A DNA stretch of 64,000 nt, taken from NCBI GenBank assembly GCA_021613535.1, contig CP075493.1, positions 6,448,001 to 6,512,000 of the forward strand, given 5' to 3'. Shown piece after piece: positions 36,523-50,889 of the stretch. Source of the stretch: Adineta vaga (taxonomy: Eukaryota; Animalia; Rotifera). Numbering within the stretch: position 1 is the first letter of the stretch; each line of letters begins with the position of its first letter. Under the pieces are notes generated by a model. The model made no database searches. It was not told where the DNA came from and saw only the letters and a program-made list of their open reading frames with translations. The translations under genes were made by a program, and so were the position numbers.

Positions 36523-37184
36523 ATATTAGGAACTTGTTTTCTCAATTATATATTCATGTTCGTTTTTTCTTGTCTATGTATCTTTCTGAATGAATGAATA
36601 AACTAACAACTCTGACATTATAGAATGTGATTAGGTATATAACTTAGAAATATCTATTAATCAATAATAGTGAACAATATATGATACAGTCATTGTGGTA
36701 TAAACATGTTTTATCTTTATCATGTGTAGTTTGTTAGTACACTATCGAAAGATCTGAAGGACACTTATGTGTTCTTGTTCATACGATTATCATCATATCT
36801 CGTCTCGTTCGTGTGTGCATATTGTAAATCAAGATGAAATTCATTCATGAATCACACACGATGTTCATTATAGAAAATGCCTTCACTATGAACTAAAAAT
36901 TTCGAACAATTCAAACTGCATCACTGTTTCTTCTTTATATGCATTTGATTTTGTGGTAGATGAAACTTTTATTTTTCTCTCATACACATAACAATATTTG
37001 ACCTTCCTCTCATTCAAAGCGCCATCTTTTCAAATCAAATGAGGGCATAGAACACTGTACGAAGATTGGTGAATCCATATGATACCAATTGATATCCTCT
37101 CCTATCGAGACAAACGAACGACATAATTTGAAAAAAAAAGTTCAACCATTATCATCTAACTTTTATTCATTATCCAATTCTAAT

Positions 37185-39270
37185 ATGCTTGTTTTATTCG
37201 AAACATCCGCTGGTTATGCTGTGTTTAAAGTTTGTTATTTCATTAAACCATCCTTTTCTTTGAGTTTCTATTTGTTTGAATATTTTAGTTACTTGATGAA
37301 AAAAAATTAAAAGAAACCGAAAATTTATATGCTGATTTTGAATCACCTGAAAAGGCAGCTAAAATGTAAGATTAAATAGTTTTGATGAAGCTTTGTTTTT
37401 CACATTGTTTTTTAACTTATTTCTAGTTTGAAATTAGTTAATTTTGAAAAATTTGATGATACAACAGAAGCACTTGCAGTAGCAACAGCAACTGTTGAAG
37501 GAAAAATCTCTAAACCATTAAAGAAATTACTTAAGCGTTTAGTGAATCCGGATGTTCAAGAACAATTACTTGTTTCAGATTCTGCACTTGGCAAATCAAT
37601 TAAAGTTTGTTTGAAAAAGATTCGTCTGATAATTGTATGATTTTTTTTAATTGATTTATTTTTAGGAAAAATTTAGTTTCGATTGTGTTTGTAATAGTTC
37701 AGTTCAAGATCTTATGCGTGTTATTCGTTCACAAGCGGATAGCCTTTTACAAATTGATGAAAAAGAATTAGCTGCTATGCGTATTGGTTTAGCTCATAGG
37801 TAAAATAATCACTCGAATTATCCTATAATCAATTATGTAGAATACAAATCACGTCACCAAATAGATAATTAATTGAAGAACTCTCTTTTTCTTTTAGTTT
37901 GTCACGTTACAAACTGAAATTTTCTCCTGATAAAGTTGATACAATGATTGTTCAAGCTATCTGTATGTATTATTCAATCTTATTCGATACTATTTCTTTA
38001 CATTTACTCATTTTTCTATAGCTTTATTGGATGATCTTGACAAGGAAGTTAATAATTACATCATGCGATGTAAAGAATGGTATGGTTGGCATTTTCCTGA
38101 ATTGGCTAAAATTATTCAAGATAATATCGCCTTTTGCAAAACAGTTCAACGCATTGGTTCGTGATTTTTCTACTACGAAACTTGTTGTTTATATCATTGA
38201 AATCAATAGGTTATCGAACAGCTGCAGCTGAACTTGATTTAACCGATATCTTACCACCCGATGTTGAAGCACAAGTGAAAGAAGCAGCAGAAATCTCCAT
38301 GGGCACAGAAATATCCGAAGAAGATATTACAAATATTCGTCATCTTTGTTTTCAAGTAAGTCTAATTCAATTATGTTACACCGGAAAAATACCAATAATC
38401 TATGATGATGCATATTACCGCCCCAGTCTGAACATCAGATTATGTTGATTGGTCTATAAAACTGAGATTATTGGTTCTTTTATGATAGAAAATAGATAAA
38501 TAAATAAATAAGCACAAATTCCATTTGATTTCTATAGGTTATCGAAATATCAGAATATCGTTCACAATTATTTGAATATCTCAAAAATCGTATGATGGCT
38601 GTTGCACCAAACTTAACTGTTCTTGTTGGTGAACTTGTTGGTGCTCGACTTATTGCACATGCCGGATCATTACTCAATCTTGCTAAACATCCAGCATCAA
38701 CCGTACAAATCTTGGGCGCTGAAAAAGCTTTGTTTCGAGCTATGAAAACTAAACATGATACACCAAAATATGGTTTGATCTATCATGCTTCATTAGTTGG
38801 TCAAACATCGGCTAAACTCAAAGGAAAAGTTAGTCGCATGTTGGCAGCCAAATCGGCCTTAGCAATTCGTGTCGATGCACTTGGTGAAGATACGGAAGCA
38901 AGCATGGGCATTGATCAACGGGCAGATCTTGAAAAGAAATTTTCATTATTAGAACAGAATGCAGTAAGTTAAACGAAAGAAAATCTTTTATTGTCGAATC
39001 ATGTGATATTTTAGACAAAACGAATATCGGGTACGGGTAAAATGCAAGCGAAATTCGAAAAATACCAAAAAAATTCGTATGTTATCTTCTTTTTTTTTCG
39101 GATTCATTCATCCTTTGTAACATATATATGTATGTTTTAGTGATAGAGGACAATTCAATCAGGATCAATCTTCAACATTACCTCATAAACGCCATTCCGA
39201 TTTTGGTGGACGAGGTGGTGCTAATAAACGATTTAAAAGTGAAAACATGAGTAAATCCTTCGTAGTTTAA
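37185..39270 (+). CDS. NOP58: Nucleolar protein 58 (C/D snoRNP core protein)
   Basis: [51 protein letters not shown], Nop domain [20 protein letters not shown]...[10 protein letters not shown]. Confidence 0.93.
38391..38475 (+). ncRNA. SNORD31: Intronic box C/D snoRNA, U31/SNORD31 (yeast snR67) type
   Basis: Perfect 10-bp terminal stem (accaataatc/gattattggt); box C ATGATGA 38402-38408; guide TACCGCCCCAGT 38416-38427; box D' CTGA 38428-38431; C'-like TGTTGA; box D CTGA 38462-38465. The guide is complementary to the conserved LSU rRNA P-loop sequence ACUGGGGCGGUA. Confidence 0.9.
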
Positions 39271-40116
39271 TCTAGTTGTATTGGTTTTTTTGTGCGGCTA
39301 TGTATGCCCGTAATTGTTATTTGTTTTTTTTTGTAATGAAATAGATAACGAAAACAAAGAGATGAAAAAAGTTTTTCATTAATGAAAACAAACTATCCTA
39401 TTCCTGACTTCTCACTTGAAATACTTGTTCAATAGAATTTCAAGTAGTAAACGTCAGGTAAAGAAAACTATAACTCTTCAATCCAAAATAACCTTGCTGT
39501 CGCTTTCTTTTGCTTACATCGATAAGGTTAAAGGCATAGAAATGAGTACAAAAAAAAAAGAAAAAAAATTCTTTTTTTTTTTTGAATACAGACTATAATT
39601 TAGGCATAATGCTTTACATTGATGGACAAACTCAAACATGACATCCGTTGTGCTTTCGTTATAATTATAGTGTATGCACAGTTATACCGGAAAATAGAAC
39701 GGAAAAGAAATCTTTTTTTTTTGGTTGCATATGAATGATGACTGAATAGCATCGAACTAGGATTTCTTTTGAGTTTTATAGTAATAGAATCAAAAGAAAA
39801 TCAATATGAGTCTGCAAATAAATCTGTAACATACTTCATCATAATCGCATGTAAATGTAAGTCGTTTCAATCAAATGTAAAATTAAGCTTTACTATCAAA
39901 ATAATTCATAAACAAAAAAATGTACACAAATCTAATACATAGATTAATATAAGTTACCATCATCAACATATAGAATCAACAATTGATTATATTTATATAC
40001 AAGTAGAATAGAAATCTTCAGTCTTTCTGGGTTCATTTTATTCATTTGAAATACGAACCAATAGAAATATCTTTTAACATCATATTTCTATTGGCTAGAA
40101 AGCGGAAAAAATCTCT

Positions 40117-40192
40117 GCTTTCTTTCTCTTTCTCTCTCTCTCTCTCTCTCGTTGACATTTCTTTAGCTCTCTCTCTCTCTGTCTCTTTCTCA
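40117..40192. repeat. (CT)n-rich microsatellite upstream of Distal-less
   Basis: Two runs of CT dinucleotides. Confidence 0.8.
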
Positions 40193-40524
40193 TTCAAATT
40201 ACCCGTAATTATTATCGTTGAAACGACCACACATCGTCTATCGTCAAGTTGTTGTAAAGAATAAAGAACCCACAAGCAGATCATTATTATCATCATCATC
40301 ATCAGGCTAATCTTTTAAAAAAAAAGACAATTTACTCTCCAATTGATCGTTTTTCTTTCTTTGTATTGTATTCATCAATGAATCGTTAACCGTAATTATC
40401 GGAGGGAAATTACGCTTACGCTCGTCTAACTTCATTAATTTCTTATTCATCTCTATTATTATTTCATCGGACAAATTATAACTATCGAAATTATTCCAAA
40501 CGAAAAAAGAAAAGAAGAAAAGAA

Positions 40525-41378
40525 ATGATGCATAATGAGCCAATCCAAACACTTCCATCAAATGCATTTCTTGATTTTACTAATCAACTACCACCACCAA
40601 CTTCACTCGACGTGTCTAATACTTCCAATCAACAGCAATACTCCAATTTTCTTCACAATGCATATCCACCATCCGTACAAGAACAATTTTACTCCTCACA
40701 CTATCCATATCCATACAATATACCATATCCATCCTTATCGGTAGATTCCAATATTGATGATAAATGTCATTATGATACACCACCAAAATTAACAATCAAA
40801 GGAAAGAAAATTCGTAAACCAAGAACCATCTATTCGAGTATGCAATTGCAAGTATTAAATAAACGTTTTCAACGTACACAATATCTTGCATTACCGGAAC
40901 GTGCTGAATTAGCTGCTTCACTTGGATTAACTCAAACACAAGTAGAATAATTTAGTTTTACGCAAAACAAACAAATTCTCTGTTTCGTTTTTACTTTTAG
41001 GTAAAAATTTGGTTTCAAAATAAACGAAGTAAACAAAAAAAAGTTGTTAAAAATGTTAGTCATCATTCATCGTCGTCTTCCCAACCCTCTAACCCAAATC
41101 TATCACCAAATCATCATCTGTCACGAACAATAAACAATAAATCTAGTGATTCTATGTTTTTAGTAAAACAAGAACATCAACATCAACAACAACAACAAGC
41201 TACTTCATCATCATCAACAACATCATCATCAGCAGCATCATCAACATCAAATAATTCCAATTCATTTATTCTAGATGCAGCAACATCATCATCTCCATAT
41301 GGACATGCATTGGATTATCCCAATAATCCAAATCATTTTTGGTCTGTACCACCACAACCACCATATGCGACTATTTAA
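40525..41378 (+). CDS. Dll: Distal-less/Dlx homeobox protein
   Basis: Homeodomain [45 protein letters not shown]|[11 protein letters not shown]; intron 40942-41000 at the usual TQ/VK position. Confidence 0.96.
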
Positions 41379-43691
41379 ACAATAAAAACGAACTTTATTA
41401 TGGGACAAAAGATAGTTGTGAAAACGTTTTTTTCTTTTTTTCGATGTGTTTTTTTCTCTTTCGTTTTTTTTTGATTATGTGTATTAGAATGCAAGAAATG
41501 AAAAAAAAAGAAACATATTATTGTTGTATTTGTTCAGAAAAGGAAAAGCAAAGCTAAAGATTTCAGTTATCTTGAGTCATCTATGAATTAGTGTAACTAC
41601 GATCGTTTTTCTTCGCTTTAAATTTTAATAGAGAAATTAAAAATCTATCGATAAAAGTACGATTTCATCACCTTCAAAAAGACGAAGCTGTGTTTATGAT
41701 CATTCACTCTTCTTCATGTATACATATTGCACAGTTAAAAGCCTTGCGGCATGATGATTATTAAGTGAAGAGAGGAAAAGAAAGGACAATTATCTTCTCA
41801 TTTCGATACTGTTTTTCACCTGATCTCTTCAGTGAAGAGATGCTAATCTTCCCTCTCAAGTCGAGAAAAGAAAAGAAAGAAACATATTTTTAACACAAAG
41901 ACATCTGCTCTATCGCACGCGTCCAATTGAAGATGATCATATTCTTATTACAAACTTTCAACTCTGATTTCCGTTCATGTGTTGTTCTTTTTTTCACCAA
42001 TGTATACTAATTATAATCCAACATCTATCCTCCTTCTCTTCCATTAGTCGACAGGCAATGTTATAATTAGATAGAATTTACCACTGAAGAAAGAAGAAAT
42101 ATATATATATATATATATTTTGAAGATTCTCTACATTTAACGTTTGATTGAACTTTCTTTCGGCTTTGATTGTTGTTGTGTTATTCATCAGCAGGACTAC
42201 ATCCTTTTCTTTTGCAAAGCCGATTAAAATAACTGAGTTTTTTGATCTTTTTTACAATGCTTGAATGATCTGTTCGTGGCGAACATTTTTAATCCTTCGA
42301 TCGATAGTGACAAGCTCCTGTTGAAATTAGTTCTGACAGTAAGAACAATAAAGACTAATTATGTCGTTCGTGATAACATGCTGCGGTAGTGACTGTTACT
42401 TTTGATCAACAATTTGATATTGAATGAATACAGTAGAAGAATACAATTGAAAGACGAAAAGAAAAAAGAATGTTTTTGACAGATTTATCTTCTCAGAAAA
42501 AAAAATTTATATTGCTGGCTAATAATTGACACTAGGTGGTCTTCTTTGAATAAATAGATTAGCGTGTATCTGTACAGATCATATGTGCATGTGTATAGTC
42601 AATTAACCTTGAACAGATTTGAGTGATGTAATTGTTGTTGCTTTATCGACCGATAGTCATCACACTATGAGTTAAGCAAGGTGTGAAAAGCTACATCGCG
42701 ATTGATTGAGGGGCGGAATAAGAATTAAGGAGAAGAAGAATACTAATCGTTATTGCTTAAGGCATGTTTTTCTTCTGATTTGATAGTTTCATCTTAGAAA
42801 TTGATGTATATTCCTTTGCAGAATCAAGATTTGAGAAAGAAAAGTTCATTATTTGAAATTTCTCTTATATTTATCTGGTGTCATACGTACAAATCTTCAA
42901 GTAATGTTGACAAAAACAGAAACAATATCAGTTATCGTTTCTCAATGATATTTGTTTTTTGAATTTAATCTATAAAAGTACCGAAAACCACAGGATTTGA
43001 TTTGGTTGATGGTTTATTTTATATTAATTAATAGTTCTTTTGAATAGAGCATTAATCAAGTATCGACCTGGAGATCAACTAAAGTGTACACGAAGAAGAA
43101 TTTTTTCACAGATTGATTATTTATCATCATATTAAATTTGTATGTGAAAAATATTCCTTTAGAAAAACAAGTTTGTCATATAATCGATGTAAACAGAAAA
43201 CAGGTTGTTTATTTGCTTATAAATTTTGTAAAATGAAATAAATGAAAGCATCATTGATGTTGCAATACATTGATTGTTAGTGATCAATATCAATTATTTT
43301 TATTGATAAAAGAAAAGCTTTAAGACAAAACATTGAACGATATCTCTAATTGTAACCTAATATAAAAGAAGACAACCAAGGTTTTCTCAAACTATAAGAT
43401 CAAAAAGTCAAGGTCAGTCAGTAACGACCATTTTCTATTACACCTTCGTTTACATATACATGTGTAGTACACTTGAAAGGAGAAAAAAAAGTCGTTCGTT
43501 CTTCACCAGAAAATGTACAGAGGAAATACGCATGTAAATGTTATTTTTCAATAGAAGGTTAAATAAGTCATGCTTGATCGCTCTTTGTTCTTTTTCCTAC
43601 TTCACATTCCTCTTCATTCGACTGTGCATATCACGTCGTCAACATTACATTTGCCGTTCGAACTATTAACTTATTGATGTTTGTATAACAA

Positions 43692-45846
43692 ATGGCTGCA
43701 AATAAAAAACCAAATGGTGGTCATGTTATCTATGATTCCGGTGCTGATATGGCAACCGGGAAGAAACGAGCAGGTAAAACTATCAATAGAATAGATAGAT
43801 TCTAATAGTGCTAGCTTATCTTTATTTGACTTAGTATTACCTGGTGGTGGTGGAGTAAGTGTAGCTGAACGTGCACGTTTATTTGGTGCTCAAATTCCAC
43901 ATTCATCACCTGAGAAAGCTTATAATTCAGCCAGTCATGTTACTGGACGACCTCCGCTTAGCAATCAGTCAACTAAATCGAATGTCATCCATCAAGAAAG
44001 GAACTATCAACCGCGCAAAACAGATATTGATCAACGACCAAAACAAAATACATCTTAGTAAAAGACAATATCTTTTCGAAGAAACAAATATTTGCTTTCA
44101 TTTAGTTCTAATCCACCACGAACATTCAATACTCATCGTTCAGCAACAGACATCAATGAACGATCAAAACGTGAACAACTACCACCACCATCATCATCAT
44201 CAACAATTTATACTCAAAGCTATTCAAAAGCAGCACCATCCTACAACAATCATAAATCACAATCACCACCTCGCCGTCGGCCAGTTAATTCGTATGATAG
44301 TTTTCAGCATGTAAGCCCACAAACACAAACATTCAGTAAAACAAAGCATGTTCAAAGAATACCGAGTGATACATATTCATCCGAAGAAGAAGATACATAT
44401 TCAGCATTATATGATAGACCACGTTCTTCACGACATCCCAATTATCAATCATCGAATTATTTTCGACCAATACAAGATCCATTAGAAGTCTTATTTAAAG
44501 ATGCACCAAAGGAATATATTCAATTTCAAGCTCCTGTACAACAATCTTCTAAAGATACCAATAATTTACAACCATTCGATTTAGGAAGCTTAATCAATCG
44601 TATTCAACAAGATTATATGGATAATGCTCGACCATATGTATCTAGTGTACAATTTGTGCAACATGATCAAAGTTTAGCAAATATTGGTTTTCTAACACCA
44701 GCAACAAGTCGAAAAGGTTACTTTTGTTTTGAATATTTTATCCATTCTATGAGTATTTGTATTACAGATTATTCAAAACGAGCCGGAGATATTTATAATC
44801 ATCGAGCACCAATTTCAAATCATTATGATGTTATTGATACTAATGGTTTTTATCCGTATGAAAAAATGCGTTCAAAATCACACTATACTGATAACAATTA
44901 TTCTTCAATAAGAAGACGACGACATCATAAACGATATCATAATCAGGCATCATCTCCGATACGTAAGGAAAATAGATCGATAGAAAGTCTATAATCGATT
45001 TGATAATTTAGATGTTTTGGAAATCTCTTCTGCAACAAAATCTCCACTACGATCAGAAAGTAAATAATAAAGAATTAAAAACCTTCTATTTATGTTATAT
45101 TATTTAGGTCCACCGGTTACTTCGATTGCAAAAATACCTACACCTGTTGCAGAAAGTTCCAGTGAAGAAGAAGCTACACAAGCAACTACGCAACCAGATG
45201 CTACGAAAACAGAGGCAACTGAATCCGAGTCTGAAGAAGAATCAGAAGAAGAAGAAGAAGATGATGATGATGATGAAGAAGAAGAGAGTGCTCCGGCTCC
45301 AGCATTACCGCCTTCTATACCAGCGATCAATGGAACTGCTCGTTCTGCAGTAGCTTCAGGAAATCCAACAACACAAGTCAATGGAAATACTCGTTCGACG
45401 TTACCAAATCAAACTCCAACAACAATGGCTCGAAATCAAGCCCCAGTAGAAAGTGAAAGTGAAGACAGTGATAGCGAAAAATCCGAATCCGAATCTGATA
45501 GTGACAGTGATGATGACGATAAGAAGAAGAAAAAGAAGAAGAAAAAGCCAATAGTACCCACTTCGCCAGCTGCTCGATCGAATCCTCCACGAACAACAAC
45601 ACTAGGAACACCACAAGCAAATGCTCGCGCAGTTCCACAACGAGGAGCATATGAAAAATATGATCTAAATCAACCACAAGAATCATCTAGTAAGTCAAAT
45701 CATATTTCTTCAAACTTGAATATCAATATTCCATGTAACTTTTAGATCCACCTAGTTCTTATGAAATTCCAGAACCAGAAAAATCAGGATCTATCGGTGG
45801 TAAATTGAAATCTTTTACAAGTAAATTTCGTCGAAACAAATCTTAA
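43692..45846 (+). CDS. Unknown low-complexity protein (Ser/Pro-rich, acidic tracts, poly-Lys)
   Basis: Long ORFs joined by GT-AG introns from ATG 43692 to TAA 45844-45846; no recognisable domain. Confidence 0.65.
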
Positions 45847-46013
45847 TCTGTTCATAGAATTTCATTTCTATATATAACTTTCGATTTTCATACGATTTAT
45901 TGTTAATATATATATTCTATATTTTCGTTATTTTCGCGGCGAAAAAAATAAATTCTTCTCATATATTCATCGTTTCGAAAAAAAACCTATCCGATTTATT
46001 CATATTTAATTCA

Positions 46014-48736
46014 ATGGCTCATCTGGAAAAATTGCCAATACTTCGGAAGTATAGTTCATTAACATGTGATATTCTTTCGGAATTACGTCACTCCGGTGAA
46101 TATTCTGATGTGATTTTACGTACCGATGATCAACGCTTATTTAAAGTTCATCGAGCTATACTTTGTTGTAAGATATACACATACATTGATTGATTTCCTG
46201 TTTTCATTCTCTTCAAAGCATGTAGTGCATTCTTTCGAGCATTGTTTACAAATGGAATGAATGAAACGACTGATCGAATTGTTGACATTCATGATATTCA
46301 TGGTGATATTATGCAATTAATACTTGATTATACATATACACGTGAAATTAAATTGAATGAAAATCATATTTTTCAACTTCTACAAGCAGCTAATCAATTG
46401 CAAGTATTAGAATTAGTTTCGTTATGTGAAAATTATCTATATGAAAAATTGACTCCAGAAAATATCTTAGGAATTCGAGAATTTGCAGCATTCTTTTGTA
46501 AGTTTATCGAATAAGAATCGATTGATAAGATATTAGGATTATCATTCGTATAGTTTGTAGAAGACTCTATGAACAAACACAAATTTATCTTTTGTATGTA
46601 AAACAAATTGTTTTCTTTCTCTATGTCGAATTGTTTGTAGAAGTCATTTTACAGAAATATCAATAAAAAGTGAAGAATTTATTGAATTACAGCTTGAACA
46701 AATGATTGAAATACTCAATTCAGATGAATTAAATATAAAAAGTGAAGAAGCTGCTTTCGATGCAATTATACGATGGATTGATTGTAAAATCGATGAAAGA
46801 AAACCAGTAGGGAAAAACTATCTGACAATATAGAAATATTATCGAGATTTTATTGATTATTGAAAACAAATTCTTTCTTTTATATATACTAGCATATAGT
46901 GGATTTACTTAAATGTGTTCGTTTGGGTTTATTAACAACGAATTTCTTTCTTGAAAAAGTTAAATGTCATCCGTATATAATGAATAATGAAGATTGTAAA
47001 CCATTAGTTATTGATACATTGAAATATTTGTATGAATTAGATGTTGATACTTATCAAGTTTGTTATTCGATTACGAGAAAAAAGAAGAAATCAAGTCTTT
47101 TGATAATTTTGTTTTGAAAAGGATCTTATTGTACAAAATCCTATTGCTAGACCACGTCTTCCTCATGAAATCCTTTTTGTATGTGGTGGATGGTCTGGTG
47201 GTAGTCCAACATCAGTTGTCGAATTATACGATGTTAATATATTTTCAATTGATTGAAGGAATATTTGAATTCTATATAATATTTGTTTAGACTCGTGCAG
47301 ATAAATGGATTCAATTACCATTCAATGACAAATGTAGATTGTACTTATAATAACAAATATATGAATGAAAAAATTGTTTAGTTCCTCGTGCTTATCATGG
47401 CATTGTTACAGTTAATCGTTTGATTTATATCATTGGTGGTTTTGATGGAATGGAATATTTTAATTCATGTCGAAGTTTTGATTCGCAATTACTTCAGTGG
47501 AATGAAATTGCACCTATGAATATCAAACGGTAATTCATTCATCTTGATTGTTATCATATAGCATTTTAGTTGTTCTAAAAGATGTTATGTTAGTGTCGCT
47601 GTACATGATGGATTGATTTATGCTATAGTAAATTTGTTTAAATGCTTTCACTTCTTCTGGATACAAACGAAATTTAGGGTGGATTTGATGGTCATCTCCG
47701 ACAAAATACAGCTGAAAGATATTCACCTGTATCGAATCAATGGCTTCCAATTCCACATATGCATGCACAACGATCAGGTTTCATCCGAAAGAAGTTCTGT
47801 TTTTCGAATCTATATATTGTATTTTAATAGATGCATCGGCAACTGTTTTAAATGGTACATTTGATTGATGAATGAAATTTGCTCATATTCGATTTAAGAT
47901 AGATAGAATCTATATCTGTGGAGGATTTAATGGACAAGAATGTATGAATAGTGCAGAATATTTTGATCCAAAAACTAATCAATGGACAATAATTGCACCG
48001 ATGCAAAATCGACGATCAGGTGTTGGAGTAATAGCCTATCATAATTGTATCTATGCATTGTTTGTAACGACGATAATTTTTGTTGATTTATTATAAAAGA
48101 AATTGGTTGCTTTAGAGGTGGATTTAATGGTTCAACACGAATGAATTCTGGCGAAAGATACAATCCGAAAACGAATACTTGGATAACTGTACCGGATATG
48201 TATAATCCAAGAAGTAATTTTGCTATTGAAGTATGTTCTTTCTTTTTGAATAAAATTAATGTAATGTAGCTTTCTTAAAGATAGTGGATGATTATTTATT
48301 TGTTATTGGTAATTTAAAAAATAGTTCTGTTTCTTTTTTTTTGATAAATGGTTGTTATTCATAGGTGGTTTTAATGGTGTCACGACGATTTTTAATGTCG
48401 AATGTTTCGATGATTTAACAGAAGAATGGTATGCTATAATAATTGATCATTTCTATAGAATAATGATTCGAGTTTCTTTTTATTGCGAGGTATGATGCAG
48501 CTGATATGAATATTTTTCGTTCAGCTCTATCTGCTTGTGTTCTTTCGGGTCTTGAAAATATTCGTAATTTGATTATGTTTGCAAGACAACAAATTATTGA
48601 TGAACAACGATTGAAAGATTCCAGTACAATCAAGAGAGATTCAATTCAATCATCAATTATTCCTGTTGGAACTTTATCTGCAGCTGTAGGTGCGCTATCA
48701 GCAACAATTGATAATATAACGAGAAATCATGTATGA
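46014..48736 (+). CDS. KLHL10: BTB-BACK-Kelch protein, KLHL10-like
   Basis: BTB FKVHRAILC...FRALFTNGM; BACK domain; RPRLPHEILFVCGGWSGGSPT as in KLHL10; several GGF(D/N)G kelch repeats. Confidence 0.8.
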
Positions 48737-49275
48737 AAAAAAAAGAATCTTTTTATCCAAATCTGAACATAAAGATAATCAAGTTGACACTTTTGTAGCT
48801 ATGCATAGTATTAATTCTATTTTCTGATATAATTAGTTAGGAATAAATGCAGAAAAAAAAAGAAGAATTGAATTATAAGAATTGCTATATTATACGAATA
48901 AAAAGAACAAGAAGCAGAAGAACATACAACACGAAAGGAATGCCATAAAACAAAGAAAAACGGGTATGATCTGTATCGATGCTGAAATGCTTTTGTCTAT
49001 CGTCACATAGTTTGATCTTATTCTACTAATGAGATAAATGATCGAATTATGTACTTTGGTAAACATCGAGTATTTGTTTTTATCACATACACAAGCTATG
49101 GAATGAAGAATAAGAGAAAGAAAAAGAGAGATTCTACTGTTCGAGAACATATGAATATATAGTCAACTCAATAAATATTAATTGAGATTAGAAGGTTAAT
49201 ACTAATTGCGGTGACGACTAAAGGAAAATGAATACGTCTATTGATAAAATGATGAATGTCATCGTTAGAATAGAT

Positions 49276-50539
49276 CTATGCTTTAACTGAACGTTTTTTG
49301 CTGTCATTATCTGATGATTTTGTTGTTGTTCGTACTAATCTAAAGAAGACAAACACATGCATCATGAAAGATTTATTTGTAAGTAGTGCACTCTTAACTT
49401 ACGGATCATTAGCTTGATCTTGTTCATCATCATCTGTTACTGTTGTTCTTTTATTTGATTTTTGTCGTCTTTCAAAAATTAAAATAACTGCAACAAGAAC
49501 AAGTACAACACCGACAATGCCAAGGAATGGCCAAAGTGCCGCTAATCGATCTAATATACAAAAATGAATAAATCTTATTCCAAATTTAAACTGATACATA
49601 CCTTTTACACGTAATAAAACAGTAAATTTTATTCCATTCAATTCACACCTGTAATAACCACGATGACTTTTTTTTGTATGTTCAATATTTAATTTATTTT
49701 GATCAACTTTGACACCATCTGGTAAGTCATTGAATAATTTATCATCAGGACTGAATCTCCATTCAACATCGTTTAAATTTGTTTGATCTTTTGGTTCGAT
49801 TAAACATGTCAACTGTAGTGATTGATCTTCACTACGTCGAACTGATCCATGCGTTGCATCTAAGTTTTCACTTGCTCGATCTGTTTCAATGCCTTGTGGA
49901 GATGCTTTTACTAGAGAAGAAAAGCAATACATATCAAAATAATCATCATTAAAACAATAAATGAAATTTATTTACCTGCTATTTTATCAAATCTACAGGC
50001 AGATGGTACTTCATATCCGGATTTTTTTGTTTTAACATACCAGTATCTAACATCAGCATCACTTTGTACTAAACAAAAAGATAGAATTTACATTAGAAGA
50101 AATCTTTTGTTTGTTTTTGTTCTTTAATACCGAAGATCTTTATTGTTAAAACTGATTCTTTGTTCGTTTTTTTAACAACATAATGACCAGGTTTATCATG
50201 ACTTACAGGAACACCATCTTTATACCATTCATCAAATTCACCATCACCTTCACCCTCATATATACATGTTAAATTAAGCTCATGTTTTAATACAGCTTTA
50301 AGATTAACAGTTGTTCGTGGTTCTCCAATATATTTTGCATTGAGATAAAAAACACAATTCAATACTAAATATAAAGAGAAAAATCATTGTACCGGAAATT
50401 GAACCGAGCTTTAAGGGATTTCAATCATAGTGATAATTGAATTTAGGTTAGAATTGATAAGGGATCTTTTTTTTACATCGTTTACATTTTATAATTCAAT
50501 ACCTGTAAACAATGCCAGAAGCATTTGTGAAAATATCAT
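49276..50539 (-). CDS. BSG: Basigin/neuroplastin-family two-Ig-domain membrane protein
   Basis: Two Ig domains (LTC...WYKDG; LTC...W...GYYRC) followed by the diagnostic LRVKDRLAALWPFLGIV...LIFERR transmembrane segment. Confidence 0.85.
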
Positions 50540-50889
50540 TGATCAGAGCTGATGAATTGGAATGATTGAATGACAAAAAAACATTCGTTCCCTTGTTATT
50601 GTTGTTCTTATTATTGTTTATTTTTTTAATTTAATAAATATGAATGTTAGATTATAAAAACGAATTTTTTTTAAAATTTTTTCTCTAAATTCGAAACAAA
50701 AATTAAAGATAAGAAAAATATCTTTTCTATTTTATCATTTGTCTAGAAACCAACCAATCAGATCAGGCAGAAGATTTATTTTTTTATCTTTTTTTTCTCT
50801 TGTTAGTTACGTTACATCAGTGATTAATAAGAACAGAACCTTTTTTCGACACGACGGCAGGTATTCTAAATCGGCTCAGCGCATTCATC

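Noticed and set aside
37800-37898. Second snoRNA in a longer NOP58 intron (imperfect aattatc...gataatt stem)
   Set aside because: No convincing box C/D or H/ACA motifs were found.
45100-45686. Minus-strand Ser-rich/hydrophobic ORFs
   Set aside because: These are antisense shadows of the GAA/GAT-rich plus-strand exon.
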